Source: Callorhinchus milii
Lineage: Eukaryota
Assembly (NCBI RefSeq): GCF_018977255.1
Contig: NW_024704742.1
Span: forward strand, 93,250,001 to 93,314,000
Direction: 5' to 3'
DNA: 64,000 bases
The notes below the pieces were generated by a model. That model was not told the DNA's origin and made no database searches. It saw only the letters and a list, made by a program, of their open reading frames with translations. Position numbers and translations under genes: made by a program. Below are positions 62,605 to 64,000 of this stretch, one piece after another; the first letter of the stretch is position 1, and the number at the start of each line of letters is the position of its first letter.

Positions 62605-64000
62605 TTGCCCAGAACCCAACATTTGGCCCACCTCCATCTCCTACCTCCCCTGAAAAGAATCTCCCTGCACTCCCTCTCCGCTACCCTGGAGTCGCCTGAA
62701 CTCCTCCCTCTCAGGCCTACCTCCCATAACAACTTATCCTCCTCGTCACTGGCCTCTACAACTCCCTCTCCACCATTCTCAATGCCCTTACCCCCCCACA
62801 CCTCCCAAACCACCTCCTACTCATGAACCTCACCCTGGTGCACCAGCCACCTCCACTCCACTCAAGGGTCAGCTGCATGCCCCTGAACAAACCTGCCTCA
62901 AATCTGATTTAACAAACCACCGGCAAATCTGTCTGGATCACATAAAAAAATTACCGCTCCGCCCTCGCCTCCACTAAATTGTTCTCTATTCCATGATAAT
63001 CGTGGAGGCCAAGGACAAGCCCAGGCTCTTCTTCTCCATCAACAACCAGAACCTCTTTCCACCCTCTCACGCCTCACCCATCCTCTCCTACAACTGCGAG
63101 GAGATGCTAGATTTCCTCAAGACCAAAATTGAGGGGATCCGTTCAGCCACCGCAGGCCTCCCAGCCGCCACCCCCTTCCCATCCCTCTCCCACACTCCAG
63201 CCACTACCCATCCCTTCGAACCCATCTCCCCCCACCCCCTCACCACCACTATACCCTGCATGAAGCCCACCACCTGCCCCCATCCCTATTCTTCGACACT
63301 GTGGATCACTCTATCCTCCTCCACCACCACCTTTCCCTTCAAGGTTCTGTCCTTGAATGGTTCAGATCTTATCTCTCACACTAGCTCCACTTTTGATCTC
63401 CACAAATGGCTTCTCCTCCACCCCCCGCACCATCTTGTGCAGTGGTCCTCAGGGCTCTGTCCTCTCCTCTTCAACCTGTAGATGCTCCCTCTTGGTGACA
63501 TCATCCGCAGACATGGGGTAAACTTCTACGCGGATGGTACCCAACTCTTATCTCTCTGCCTCCACCCTCGACTCCAGGACCACTGATATCCTGACTGACT
63601 GCCTGTCAGACATCAAGTCCTGGATGAGAGCCAACTTTCCACAGCTGAATGTTAGCAAGACCAAGGTTCTCCTGATTGGATCGCGCCAGCACCTCCGCAC
63701 CTCAGGCATTGGTAGTATCAACATTCACGTATGCACACTCCACCTCACCAAACCAGACAGGAACCTTATCCTTTCAAGGCCCTCCATTAGTCTTGCCCCG
63801 CCTATCCCTCCAACCTGCTAAACCCTTGTAAAACTGTACGCTCCCTCCACTCAGCAGGCTGTGGCCTTCTCCATGTCCCCCGCCTGATCCGCTCTATGTC
63901 CCCCATGCGTCCTCACCATCGCAGTCGGGCCTTCAGCCTCTCTGCCCCCACCCTCTGAAACTCCATCCCACATTCCCTTTGTCTCACTCCCTCCCTTGCC
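62605..64000 (+). mobile_element. Degenerate L2 LINE with internal deletions
   Basis: [39 protein letters not shown] motifs. Confidence 0.88.

Noticed and set aside
1..64000. CRISPR arrays or prokaryotic defence systems
   Set aside because: This is eukaryotic intron-exon DNA with no regularly spaced repeat-spacer array.

Overview
Vertebrate nuclear DNA, most likely from a cartilaginous fish (inferred from abundant tRNA-derived Deu-type SINEs, L2 and CR1 LINE fragments). Two convergent, spliced genes are partly present. On +, an MFSD14/HIAT1-family MFS transporter has nine coding exons from 10722 to the stop at 24413, with a probable 3'UTR to about 26900. On -, the centriole cartwheel gene SASS6 has fourteen coding exons from 60759 to the stop at 39581, with a probable 3'UTR to about 38200. 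The first three exons of each gene were not found here. All exon phases join into open frames; one SASS6 intron needs a GC donor. Exon numbers follow the human genes as recalled. Most ORF-track entries are spurious or repeat-derived. The most unusual signals are: two inverted-repeat insertions carrying minimal hammerhead-ribozyme motifs with ~15-bp target duplications in SINE-tail sequence; a perfect 40-nt copy of SASS6 exon 10 in the neighbouring intron; MFSD14B-like residues at the MFSD14A syntenic position; and near-identical inverted SINEs bracketing SASS6 exons 8-12. I cannot establish that any of these is undescribed.
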